Shown here in pieces: positions 24,201-34,451 of a stretch of DNA of 64,000 nucleotides. Numbering within the stretch: position 1 is the first letter of the stretch; every line of letters begins with the position of its first letter. The notes beneath the pieces are model-generated. The model did no database searches and had not been told where the DNA came from. It saw only the letters and a list, made by a program, of their open reading frames with translations. A program made the position numbers and the translations under genes. Source of the stretch: Phoronis australis (Eukaryota; Animalia; Phoronida); NCBI GenBank assembly GCA_002633005.1, contig NMRA01000018.1, forward strand, positions 580,094-644,093, read 5' to 3'.

Positions 24201-27200
24201 TTACTGCTATGTTGGTATTTAGCCATGACTATACACCTCAAACTTCCACTGTGCTTCAAAAAGAACGCAAAAGTATTGCTGACCTGAACGTATCCCATTA
24301 TGGTCTGGCCTTTCAGAACAGATGCAGCGTACTTGGCAAGGGGGTTGTATCTTTCCTGTACAGATCTTCTCTCTCAACAGGAATCCAAATTTCTTGGTAC
24401 ACGTGAAAACCGCGAATTGAAGACTAATAAAAATTGACCGGTATTCAAAGCACGTGGCCAAAAAGCGCGTGCTACATGCATGTACCTGTCATTGAAGGCG
24501 TTAGTCTTTGGGAACTATCTATTCATGAAACGGGTAGCATAGCATCGGCAATAAATAAATATTGACACTAATTTCCGAAAGTTTCTACCAATATACAGTA
24601 AATGACAAACCATTGGAAGTGCATTGAAGAATCAGTCAATGAAAGCCTGTCATCAAATCAGAAAACCTCAATAACAGTATGTCGTAGCGAGAAACCAATC
24701 ATGTATTTTCGATAGCCCATGAGCATAACTATTTACATACCAAATGTGAAAGGTTTGGTCGAAGGATCGCGGAGCAATCATAATTTCAAAAATAGTCATC
24801 ACAGCATCATTTTGCGTCCAATTTCACAACAAAACAAAAGCGCTCTGACTATTGACTAGAATGATAAACACTGTATATAAATTTCATGTTGATCAGATGA
24901 AAAATGCGATGTTTAGCACAAATATGACAGGCTAATAAAGTGCACCTAGAAATATGTCAATAAAAGAGCAGTCATCTATGCAGTAAATCTCAAATATCGC
25001 CATGGTAAGTCATAGTGAAATATAGGTGCCATTATACTCATAGCACATGACAACATCTATCCTCATACTAAATTTCAGACCGAATCGGTAAGCTACGTCA
25101 AAGTTACAGCTCAAAAAATCTAAAATATCAAAGAAGTCGAGAACAACGAAAGCAAATGTCATTTTCCTTATTGCCCTTGAAATTATCAATCAACAGAAAC
25201 AAAAATCAAAAAATTCCCCCTAAAAACAGTGGAGCTATGCTTCCACTAACCAAAACCTGAAAAATGGTGGCACCATGCATCCAATTTCAACTAAAACTAC
25301 AGGCTTAGAGCTATTCACAATACACAAGTTTGTTTACATTCCACCCTGATCGTATAAGAAATGCGATCTGAAGTACGCGAACAAAGAAACAAAATTCATA
25401 ACAACCACAAAAATATAGATTTTCACATTGCTTCATCCAATTCATAAGCTTTCTAATGATATAATTCGCATTTAATATCTGACATCTAAAAAGTAATGAA
25501 AAAATCAATTAACTGTGGTGCAGTTACCGGCTGCCTGCGTTATTTTTTCTTGGCAAGTCATCACTGCGAAATAAGTACTTGTGTTTTCAAACTTCGGCAC
25601 AATTACGCGAAGCTCTTTCTTCTCACACAAGAAAAAATAGATAGCTACATTCTTCAGCTATCGATACGTATATTTTTCAAAGTATATTTCTAATCAGAAC
25701 GTAGTCAAATTTTGGGATGAAAACTTTAAAATGTCATAGTTTTGGACTGGTGTATATCATAGCAGTGATATTTATATTGAAACGGAGCTTGTTTATTTGA
25801 CTTATCAGTGTGAGACTTTACATCTTAATGTTAAGCATGGCGTGAATGTGAGCCCGAGAATATGCAGGCTATCCAACTCGAAAATCAAAATGGTCACGAC
25901 ATCACTGCTGGAGTTGTTGGATGACACTGACGGTTTCTACTCCACTGACACTGATTGCTCTGACGTTTTTGCTGCAATAGGTCTTGTCATTTTTAAATAT
26001 GTTAGTATACTCTACTAGGCTCGCGCTAGACTTTTAAGGGTTTTAGCCAAAATGGCAAAAGCATCTGAAAACTTTTAGCCATTTTCAAAAATTATAAGTC
26101 AAATACTTTCTGTTTTCTTAACACCCGCAATTGATAAAAGTACATTTACACGGACTGAACCTTATGTTTCACGTATCCACAGGTCCTTCTCATAATGTAC
26201 TATAAGACAAGACGTTTGCCTCAAGAAAAACAAATGATCAACATTCCAAGGTCATATAGCAACCTGGACGGGACGTCAGCCAAAGAGGGTTTTATTATGA
26301 CCTACCAAGTTTTTGGCAGAGGTTTCCCCTATACCCGAGTTACTAGTGTCAATTGACCCGACGTAAAACCTAATATAAAATTAAGCAGAAAGGTTCTGTT
26401 TCCTGCATGAATATTCATTCATCATCTAGCAATAATGCTTCAGGGCCAAATTTGATGAAGGGCCGCCCTGTAGGAATCTTAATATTTTACGTTTTTAAGT
26501 AAACACAACTAGAAAACTAATGAAGACGGCTGTGGTTATAGTATGGAAGAACAGTGGTGACATTAATATATGTATAAGTCATTGAGATATTAGTGGAATA
26601 TTTTACACTTGATGTGGTCCCCATTATGCTTTTCTGGACAATGCTGCCTGAAGCGCAAATTTCCAAATTTTTTAAAATCCCACAACTTTCTTATTCATCA
26701 ACCAATTTTGTACATTTTTCTTCAATTGAGTAGCTCTTATCATATTAAATCATCTAATTGTTTTTAAATCCCTTAAAAATCACTTGGGTACCTGGTTACA
26801 TCAATAGCTTAGTATGTAAATATAATAATAAGTCAGTATTCAACATGAACAACGATCTTTTGTAAAAATTAACAGAAAAGCAATTTTGTCCAGGAACAGA
26901 ATAAGTAGGCCTATAGCACGTCTTAGGGATGGTGCATATCCAGGGAACCTGTTGAATACAAAAGCCGAAAAAGCTTCACCAGTAGCAACATGAATTTCAA
27001 TAACAAAGCCTGCACAACAACAGAGGATGCTTTTGGATGTTTAAAGCGGAAGTGGTGTTGTCGTTTCAAAAGATGAGATGACAAAAATAATTTGGCGATG
27101 GCGCAGTTGGCAAAGCGATCCGGCATTTACAGCTGTGTGTAAGGTGAATATTTGTGTAAAGTTACACTCATTACATTTATGTAACCTCTGAAAGTGGTGT

Positions 27201-30200
27201 AAATCTACACCCTAACACAGCATTACACTAGGGTGTATCTGCATTTATATGATGAAAATACACACCATGAATGAATATACATTCGGGTGTAAACACAACT
27301 CTCGTATAAACGACATATAAAAGGGCTTATGTATCTAACTATCACATCAAGTTTCTTCCCTACCTTCCAGTTTCTTCTTGGCCTCCCGTTGGCTCTCCAG
27401 CAATTTCTTCTGTTGTTCCAGGTACTGCTTGATAAATGAGTTGGTACCGGCGCTCTCCTGAAGCTGTATAACGAACAGCAGTGTTAGAGCTCATATTTGA
27501 GTTAGGGAAATCAAGAGTCTAAGAAGAGTAAAGGAGTCCAAAATGGGGAGACATTGAAAAAAATTCAGTAGTTTCCTTTTTTGCCTCCTTACATAGCTTT
27601 TGCATTTGAAAAGTCAAAGAATATAAATAAGACACATTAAAGCCATATAAACCATATGCAGAGGCTGTGGTACCCAATGGGTCAGGTCAAGTTTTCATAA
27701 TGATCCTTTGAGCAGTTAAACAAGAGCAAAGCGGAGCGTTGAAAAGCGCCCACGAATGCATTGCAAATGGTGTGCTTTTAGATGGCGCAAAAACATACAA
27801 TCCATACAAAAACAGGAACATGCCATATTTCATAAAAATCTGTCAAGGAACTTCAGAAAAACAAAGGAAAACAGAATAAAATGAAATTGCCACTAGTGGG
27901 CACAGTGTCCGTATGATCCGCCTGAAAGTTGTCGTCGTCTGTTGTTATCTTCATATTAATACACTTACTAAATTTAGTAAAGATCCTGCAGTGGGTTGAG
28001 GAGATACAACTATGGGTGCAAAACAAAACTACCACTAGGAGGCGCCACAGTAATCAGTCACCATCCTCAAAGGTCATCTTCACACTGAGAACATATATGC
28101 CAATTTTCAAATGATTTGGTTGATACAAGGGTGGACACCAAAAACAAGATTTGAAAACAGTAAAAAATGGACACTAGGTGGTGCAAAAGCAGGAAGATAG
28201 CGCCACCACACCAATAGATGCCTATATTTAAAATTTTATGAAAATCTGCTGAGGACCTTTGAAGATACCGAGTTAAACGTAAAAAATTAATTGCCACTAG
28301 GGGGCACAGCAGTAGTCAGATCTGTCCGAAAGTCGTCGTCATCCGTAGTCAACATCATATAAATACACTTGCTAAATTTCTTAAAGATCCTGTAAACGGT
28401 TTAGCAGATACAGCCATGTGCACAAAAAAAAAACTGCCACTAGGAGGTGCCACAGTAGTCAAAATCTTCGGAAAATCATCGTCAATCGTTCTCTTCATAG
28501 TAAGCACATACATGCCAATTTTCACAATCATCCTTTGAGCAGTTTGGTTGATAGAGGTGTGGAAAACAGTAAAAATGGCCACTAAGTGGCGCAAACTACG
28601 TCGAATCCATCCGAAAACAGGAGGATAGCGTCATCTCACTAGTAGGTGCCTACATACCATATTTCATGAAAATCCGTTCAAAACTTTTGAAGATACAAAG
28701 GTAAGCGTAAAAAAAATTGCCACTAGAGGGCCACACCGGTAGTCAGATCAGTCTGGAAGTTCGCTCATGCCGTCCCATTCATGAATGAAACATGCGTGCC
28801 AAATTTCATGAACGTATGTCAAAGGGATTTGGAGATAAAGCAGCGGACGCCGGACAGACGTCGCCCAAACGGACGGACAGAGATGACGGCATAATGCGTC
28901 CACATATAAATATGTAGGTGCACAACAAATACAGAGGCAGACAAAACACAAGACTCGAAAATAACAGAAAAAGACATAGTTTATATTCTTAATTTCTGGT
29001 CTGAAACCTCTAATTCCATGAAAGAGTACGTGAAATGTGTGATTTCTGTCCGTTTTCCGATATCAAGGAAAACCAGGGACCCTATGGATGACTGAGCCTT
29101 TGAGATGCGATTTACTTAGTGCATCTTGACCAACATGCATGATCAATCAGCATTTGTCAGTAGTGAGTTTTGGGCATTGAAAAGCCCTAATGTCAAACTG
29201 GACCAAAAATTATTAACAGCCTGCGTAAATGCACAACTGTGCAGTGTGCCCACACCTGTAGTTTCATAATGTGTTTGTTACTCTCTAAGTACTCGCTCAT
29301 CTAGGACATGTGGAAATGGACGACCTAATTATGTTCAATGGACACTAACATTTCTTATTTGTCACATGTAATTTATTAAATGGTAACTGAATGTGTACTG
29401 GGTGGTATGATTATTGATATGATGACAGGATTGCACGCCAAGACTTCAGGAACTACGATAACTTCGCTAAGTTTAACAAAATATCGGTTGTCAATTACAC
29501 TCTGCGAAGTTCTGTGAAAGCACTTTTGTCAGAGAACTTTTCAAATTATTGCATATCTATTATGTGCATCAGAATTTCGTGGACTCTTAGCATAAAATTT
29601 CACACAAAAATGATACTTACTGAAATATTAGGAGCTCCATCTGAAAATAGAAAAGAAAGTTTCTTAGGTATTCCCACATTTCCAATTATCACCACCAGTC
29701 ACACTCAACTTACATTACAGTAATTTGTCCTGTTTTAAGTAGCGTGCCGAAAAGCCAAATTGAATTAGGCCTTTTACTCCTTTAAAATCTCCTGTTTCTT
29801 ACAGTAATAAGATTCCATTTTCGTTACCAACAACAAATCCACTAGTGACTCAAAGAAAATGCTTCAAATTTTATTAGGTTGGTCAACCCAATAGTTGCAA
29901 AAGTGGGCCATGCATCATGCATGCATTACCTGAGACTTCAGTGGCTGGCTCAATCAGAACATACGATTGAGGAAATATTTTTAAAATCTAACACGCCCTA
30001 AGTTTAATTAAAAAAACATTTATCAAATTTCATAAACTTTCTTCATATCACTTGGCAGCTTCAAAGGCAGAAACTAAAGCAGATAACAAAATACTACGGG
30101 GAGTTGGACACGCATAAGACCAAGCTGTATATGTGCTACTAAAAAGCCCTCCCTAGGACTTGTCAACATGTCGCCTGGAGATGGGATAATGCGTTTCACA

Positions 30201-33200
30201 GCAACTAACATTTTCAGCTAATTAAAATTTCCAGATGCGCCTGACTAGGGCATATCAGCGGTGTTTCTACTAATTCTGAAATGATCAACTTACAACACTT
30301 TGTGGTGGAAAAACATATTTATTTTTACGTAAGAAGCCCTTATTATCAAATACCCACAACAATTTCCCTGATATCGCACTGCAACACTGGTCAGTCTCGT
30401 TGTTAGCGCGCAAGCGGTCCCCTGGCAGACAATTGTGACTTGGAAATGTGCGTCTCAGTCTCATTTTTTATTGCAAAAGACTGCAACCGTGAAAATGACA
30501 ACCCTACTAATTGTCAAACTTTCAGCAAAGTAGTTTTTGAGTGGTCAATAACTTCCCCGCTACTCTCTCACAGTTCGTAGAAAAAATATACACACAAGGA
30601 ACGTCAAGGCCCCACTTCGCATAACTGCTTCATTTCTTTTTCCCTTTCAAAACACAGCTTGTGGAACATACAGTTTCTATGAGCTGTTGACCGAGTCGAG
30701 AAATCTCCCTGGGCATGTGCCCGACTGTGATGCAGCCCCACTGCACAAGCACCCAGTCTTTATCATGTGAGTCGTAAAATGAAACCATGGCCCGTAGCAT
30801 TGATCTAAATCTGCAGACTAGTATAAAAAATAAATTGAACTTATGATGAGCTGACGGCACTGCTATCGGGCCGGAGTGAACATACGACACATAAAATTTA
30901 TTACAAGTAACAGCAGCACCAGGATTGCAAGGGCCTAGATTACCAGGACAAACCACGTTCATAATAAAGCATAATTAGCATCGAATAAGCTAACTCACTT
31001 GCAGCGGCTAGTTGAACAGCCCCAGTACTTGCACTTGGTGATGTTTTGCAGTGAGAACTACGTGGGGCTTAGTCTGAGGTTAAATTGTGATCTGGCCTAC
31101 TGCACGTTACAGAATAACAATTCCAAACTTTTGTTGATTGAATATACACCATTCACATAAAGCAACAGTTCTAAAATGTTCAAATAAACTCCCGGATACG
31201 TAACCAAGCTAATACTAGGACCTTATTTACTATCTCGTTGACGGGAACAGTGTTTTGGTAAGATCTGTTTGAGTGACAGGTGACTCATAAGTATGTCGCA
31301 CGCGCTGCCGCAGAAACAAACCAGTGTTACATATACTGCAGCTGCGTCGCATGTTGGGTGTGCGAACAGTTTAATATGAAGATGTTGAGCACCAGTGGAT
31401 ATAATAGCGAATAATCGGTCAAATAAATATATTTCCTACGACAAAGTTTCATAAGTCGATTTTGTTCAGTCAGTAACATAGCTATTTATATTTTTGACGT
31501 CATTGTGTGAATTTGCGCGGATGTTAAAACTGTCTAAAACTGCAAATCAAAATGTTGTCAGCACTCGTTTCCATAAATTCTAAGATTTCGGACACGGCTG
31601 ATTTTCCAGTCTTTCTCACATTCCTGTTTTATAAAAATCAACTTCATGGATCAATATGCGTTTTAGTAAAATAATCATGTCAAATTACCGAAAAACACCA
31701 TTAAAATAGATCACATTTGGAACTAAGAAATAAGCTTTTAAAAAATGAACAATTTTCAGCAATAGCTTTTGGACAAAATTGCAGCAAGACTACCGTATTT
31801 CTCCACAACGTCATTTACGAAAATGACATTATTCTAACAGCCCCTTTTTGCGCATTACCTTGATCTGAGACTGGTTGTTGTTGCAACTTCTCCAGTAACA
31901 GTTGCTGCAAGAAATATAGAGATGGGTAAGTGTACAAGTTGTCAGTGGGCCCTCAAGTGTACATGTTTTAAAGTCGGCATCATGAGTACTTCGGCCAGGC
32001 AAATTTATTTTCACTTTTCCGCCTACTTCATAGGTGCACTTTTGATATAGGAAAATTCCATACATTTAAAGATGCACATCTGGCAATGAATTTGGTAAAA
32101 AATGACAAAATGTTGAAATTTAGAGTTTAAGAACGTTGTGCCACAATTGATCAAAACAGATTTTCTTAGGTATTCTAACAGGTGCATTATTATTGGCCAC
32201 ATTAAACAAGAGAGCGGCGAAACAGTTCCAACACAGTAGCAGTAAAAATGAACTTTTTTCAAAATAACATTGCCATATTTCACTGGTAATTACAAATATC
32301 TTCAGGGATTAATATCACATTCATACTAAACATGTAATGAATTTAGTTTTTCAAACTCTTTCAAATGAAAAAGTATGAGAAAACGTGATGTTTTTTAAAC
32401 AGTATGATAACGCAGGAATTGAGACAGCAATTAGGAAGACGTTAGACAGCAGACCTCAATTCTGTTCAAGCTTTTGTTGTCTTTAACCAAAGATATTCCC
32501 ACATAATACAATCAGAACATACTACAGGGCCATAGAAAGGCAATTAACAAGCAAATTCAACTTTGTAAAACACTGCAAACTGTTGAAATAAAAACCTTGC
32601 ACAGTCACGAACATATCAACAGTTACAGCATTGAAACAACTTGGACAAGTCCTGACAAAAAACTATGCCATATGAAGTACAATACTGTGTTGGCTAAACT
32701 TCATTGAGATATGCAAGAGGCAAAATTTGAATGTCGACTGAACCGTTTTGCACAAAATTATTGTAGATTTAATTTGTAGAGATTACATTTTTCATTTCTA
32801 CTATGCTCCAAATTTTCAATAAAATCGAATAACATTATGTGATGTAATAAATTTGCTTGAATTTATAAAGAATTGTAGTTTTAAAGATAAAAGTATTGGC
32901 ATATTCCATTCAAACATACATGTGGTATTGCTTAATGAAAGGCTGACGCGGTCTTGGGTCATACTTATTGTATCTGCTGTATAGCAAAACTCATCAAACA
33001 ACGGAAACAACCAAAAGTTCTTATGTTGGGCACATGCTGATAAAAATTATAAATTTTGTATGCTATAATAATTGTAGTTGTTGTAGAAAACATAAGAAAT
33101 GTCACACATGGAGTAGTCAACTGTCCTTTGAGTTCTCTCCCTTTGCCAAGTATTTTATGTCATTCAAAGCTGTTCTTCGTAATTCAGGCAAAAAGAATTT

Positions 33201-34099
33201 TTACTGCAAACAAGATTCACTGAATAAGTATTCCCGAATGATGCCTTTTCAACACGACATCATTGTGCATGCAAACACACTTTTAATGCATGCTTCTTCA
33301 TAATTAGATTAAAGACTAACAACTTTAGAAGTGTGGACTAAACCATTTCAATGGTGTTTCAATAGTTCAAAGAAATCAAACAAGCAAGGCTCTCTTACAG
33401 GGAATGGGTTTTGTGATTGGCTAGGGTTGTTAGACTGCACCTATTCAGTTCAACATTTGAGACACAAAAACTCTGTTGTTACACAAAATTTCCAGATTAA
33501 AACATTTTTAATAATGAAGTAGAAATATTTATTTAGACAAACAAGAAAAAAGTAAAATGCCACGTGAAAGTTCTCACAAAATGTTGGCATGCCCTCCAAT
33601 GCCCCAATGCCAAAGGCAAATCACTGACCCACATACATCTAAGTGGGTCAAACACGGGAGACAACTGAACAAGTATAGTAAACAGAACAGTACAGAACAC
33701 TACGAAATGTGTAATCCAAAAAATAAAAGCATAGGTAATATGGACAGTCAGCCAGTGAAATCAAAAGTGAGAGAAGACATATCGTGTCACTAGTAGCTTT
33801 AAATACAACATATTTAATCCCTGCTGGTCATAAATCACTGAAGGCTTTGACTTTGCTAAGTTTTCTACGAGCCCGAGCCCGGCCGAGGACGCGGTATTTG
33901 CACAAGATTGTGTCGATGTTCACGGGGCATTACGTATGCAGACTAAAGAAGAATATCTTACAGCTTTCAGTCGGTCCATCAGTTGATGCTTACTGCCACT
34001 TTTTGACAACCCTCTCTTATCTAGTTCCTTCTTGAGATCCACTACACGGAGCTCTTTCAGAGCTTTACCGTCAATCGTTACCTTCTCTTGTTCCGCCAT
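64..34099 (-). CDS. ACIN1: Acinus / apoptotic chromatin condensation inducer-like gene (5' part; continues beyond left edge)
   Basis: Eleven GT-AG exons with consistent phases: 34099-33962, 31904-31859, 29640-29621, 27463-27364, 6857-6766, 6545-6377, 6004-5879, 4786-4116, 3665-3584, 2193-2130, 220-64. N-terminus [54 protein letters not shown]...TNSFIKQYLEQQKKLLESQREA parallels the vertebrate Acinus SAP region (VTLDGKPLQALRVTDLK...NSFIKQYLEKQQELL). It is followed by acidic low-complexity and RS-rich segments. Confidence 0.9.
838..1992 (+). mobile_element. Degenerate Helentron/HINE-like dispersed element (GCCACTAG family)
   Basis: Same 5' end (agcaacgcagagc.ttgaaatgc), internal GCCACTAG-containing repeats and GGAC microsatellite tail as the copies at 8775 and 27719. 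Confidence 0.6.
2130..2193 (-). CDS. ACIN1: ACIN1 exon 10
   Basis: tatttgcag|GSKAGKQTSGNKKARSRSSS|gtatat; phase 1 to 2. Confidence 0.8.
3584..3665 (-). CDS. ACIN1: ACIN1 exon 9
   Basis: cttcttgtcag|MEVEEKHEDTEGSGGTEKSVEPDKSSS|gtgtgt; phase 0 to 1. Confidence 0.8.
4116..4786 (-). CDS. ACIN1: ACIN1 exon 8 (large acidic exon)
   Basis: ctaacctccag|...671 nt E/K/T-rich open frame (ORF 4056-4754)...GEDN|gtgagt. Confidence 0.85.
5879..6004 (-). CDS. ACIN1: ACIN1 exon 7
   Basis: ctctctatag|GRRKLRRNVSSESSDTPAPPVRRSRRG...EEEAAKS|gtaaga; 126 nt; basic NLS-like clusters. Confidence 0.8.
6377..6545 (-). CDS. ACIN1: ACIN1 exon 6
   Basis: cctag|ESSPEKLRKPSEDQVPSS...AEPPAPSG|gtaagt; 169 nt, phase 0 to 1. 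Confidence 0.8.
6766..6857 (-). CDS. ACIN1: ACIN1 exon 5
   Basis: atttcag|EEQALSAADTEDSQEEEEDSQTSTIEEVEQA|gtaagt; phase 1 in, matching exon 4. Confidence 0.8.
8218..8625. mobile_element. Degenerate Harbinger-like MITE (gttaac-rich family)
   Basis: Ends gcatgagaaagggcttaa; gttaactccg repeats resemble the element at 48947-49390. Confidence 0.4.
8775..11385 (+). mobile_element. Helentron/HINE (pearl/DINE-like) non-autonomous element
   Basis: Starts aacaagagc. Subterminal inverted repeat atgcgcccac (8800) / gtgggcgcat (~11372). Internal tandem GCCACTAG units, GGAC/GACA microsatellite, 3' hairpin ccacatataaatttgtgg and A-rich flanks. Partly duplicated across the N at 9674. Confidence 0.7.
10060..10522. 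mobile_element. hAT-like MITE with 6-bp TSD (second copy 9187-9672)
   Basis: TIR cagggcttggaa / ttccaagccttg; TSD cactga on both sides; empty site tcacactgag seen in the related element near 28080. Confidence 0.8.
12300..12411 (+). repeat. ~115-bp dispersed repeat (other copies 14745-14856 minus, 34598-34716 plus)
   Basis: Shared ccggaagctttt...aattatgcctcac(g)ctgattaaacc...gtcac.ttg core in three places. Confidence 0.65.
12413..12600 (+). mobile_element. End fragment of a TACCGTA-terminus (Tc1/mariner/pogo-like) non-autonomous DNA element; related fragment 23991-24070
   Basis: Begins TA-CCGTA; repeated ttaaccgccc/taagcgccc subterminal motifs. Confidence 0.45.
12705..13857 (-). mobile_element. 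Partial inverted copy of the CAGGGCTCGAC hAT-like element
   Basis: Reverse complement of 18125-18207 plus 19539-20540; ends gtcgagccctg; lacks the TatD/LTR insertion. Confidence 0.85.
16156..17044. other. Assembly gap with duplicated flanks
   Basis: N run; 15677-16155 is repeated identically at 17045-17523. Confidence 0.95.
17094..18024 (+). pseudogene. Two-exon THAP zinc-finger remnant (exon 1 17094-17191, duplicated at 15726-15823; exon 2 ~17832-18024)
   Basis: MGKDAFCSAINC...SFCRFPKDPE|...ADLMNRDAAYLSKNCKLCFHHFEESMF...TIFDVPNPPK is a C2CH THAP of the THAP12/PRKRIR-like type. The conserved CKRW is in another frame (deletion). No transposase follows. Confidence 0.8.
18209..18580 (+). CDS. 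TatD-family metal-dependent nuclease, C-terminal half (5'-truncated, intronless)
   Basis: IQLHSFRGG...YFSVSG...IRAIPSKRLLVETDAPY...IAEVRGVSKGEICRLSRDNLASF matches the TatD signature (HCFTG; IPxERLLxETDAPY; IAxxRG; N..LF); no stops or frameshifts over ~123 codons. Confidence 0.9.
   Translation, partial: GEILWEIARDCLDKATPIQLHSFRGGPQVVEKWLKTFPNTYFSVSGVGLGHIRGDRARGIRAIPSKRLLVETDAPYNHPSGTGMRQSHSVLIGEWCKQIAEVRGVSKGEICRLSRDNLASFIH
19212..19538 (+). repeat. LTR (327 bp)
   Basis: TG...CA termini with 6/7 inverted match (TGTAGTG/CACAACA); upstream PPT; internal TGACGTCA (CRE) and TATATAA motifs. Confidence 0.75.
21753..21904. mobile_element. 152-bp solo LTR-like insertion containing a tRNA-like Pol III cassette (Helenus-type TRIM-like)
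   Basis: TGTAGTA...TACAACA termini; 4-bp TSD gagc; absent from the paralog near 59110; minus-strand A box TAGCTGAATGG and B box GGTTCGATCCC (21771-21841). Confidence 0.8.
25860..27330 (+). mobile_element. Highly decayed PIF/Harbinger transposase relic
   Basis: Broken DDE_Tnp_4-like motifs: GFP...VID (~26320), DGAYP (~26928), NFN...TEDAFGCLKRKW (~26993-27056); ends aaagggctta. Confidence 0.55.
27364..27463 (-). CDS. ACIN1: ACIN1 exon 4
   Basis: tatacag|LQESAGTNSFIKQYLEQQKKLLESQREAKKKLE|gtaggg; conserved Acinus NSFIKQYL motif. Confidence 0.9.
27719..28925 (+). mobile_element. Helentron/HINE-like element (GCCACTAG family)
   Basis: aacaagagc start, gcgcccac subTIR, GCCACTAG units, ggacagacg/ggacggacag microsatellite, 3' ccacatataaatatgtagg hairpin. 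Confidence 0.7.
29621..29640 (-). CDS. ACIN1: ACIN1 exon 3 (20-nt microexon)
   Basis: ctttcttttctattttcag|ATGGAGCTCCTAATATTTCA|gtaagt. It supplies exactly the phase 1 to phase 0 shift needed between exons 2 and 4 (DGAPNIS). Confidence 0.85.
30245..30520 (+). repeat. Internal fragment of the CAGGGCTCGAC hAT-like family
   Basis: Diverged match to 19825-20080 (ggtgtttctactaattct...ttagcgcgcaagcgg...gtgaaaatgacaacc). Confidence 0.7.
31859..31904 (-). CDS. ACIN1: ACIN1 exon 2
   Basis: tttcttgcag|[16 protein letters not shown]|gtaatg; 46 nt; resembles ALMLENLQK of vertebrate Acinus. Confidence 0.85.
33962..34099 (-). CDS. ACIN1: ACIN1 exon 1 (start codon, SAP domain)
   Basis: aacATGGCG start, 46 codons, SAP motif [28 protein letters not shown], donor GTAAGA, phase 0. 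Confidence 0.93.
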
Positions 34100-34292
34100 G
34101 TTTTCTCTGACGCCGAATCATCGTGAAGCTCCGGAACATTTAGTAGACTCTAAATTTCAACTGTTTTTAAATTTCATGCAGTTACGACTTCATAAAAATA
34201 TATAATTTTGTACAGCAACTAAGTGCTTATTGAAGTTGTGCAGTTTATATGTTTATTCGGCTACTCCCGTCACTCAGTTGCGTTCTTTAAAG
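34100..34292. promoter_or_regulatory. Short divergent (bidirectional) promoter/5'UTR region between ACIN1 and BLOC1S4
   Basis: Only 193 bp separate the two opposite-strand ATGs. A CCGGAA (ETS-like) core lies near 34131. Confidence 0.7.
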
Positions 34293-34451
34293 ATGGAGGT
34301 AGATTATGGAAACCAGGAAGACAACATGTCAAGCGAAAACACGAACAATGATGCAGAAGGGAGTGAACAAAGGGAAAAATCTGTCGAAGTTCTCGTTAAC
34401 CAGTTTACAAATGACTATATTGGATACCTAGATGTTGATTCCAACAGCGAC
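34293..34451 (+). CDS. BLOC1S4: BLOC1S4 exon 1
   Basis: aagATGGAG start; 53 codons; donor GAC|gtgagc (an alternative in-frame ATG lies at 34326). Confidence 0.85.

Noticed and set aside
23822-25860. Possible TTAA-AGG Kolobok-like element
   Set aside because: Only one candidate end seen; no matching opposite terminus or coding remnant found.
29036-29098. C/D-box snoRNA-like stretch ending in CTGA
   Set aside because: No proper RUGAUGA box C, and it is on the strand opposite the host gene.
29930-29944. 15-nt in-frame ACIN1 microexon candidate (ccag|CCACTGAAGTCTCAG|gtaatg)
   Set aside because: Poor polypyrimidine tract and not needed for frame; cannot be supported without RNA data.
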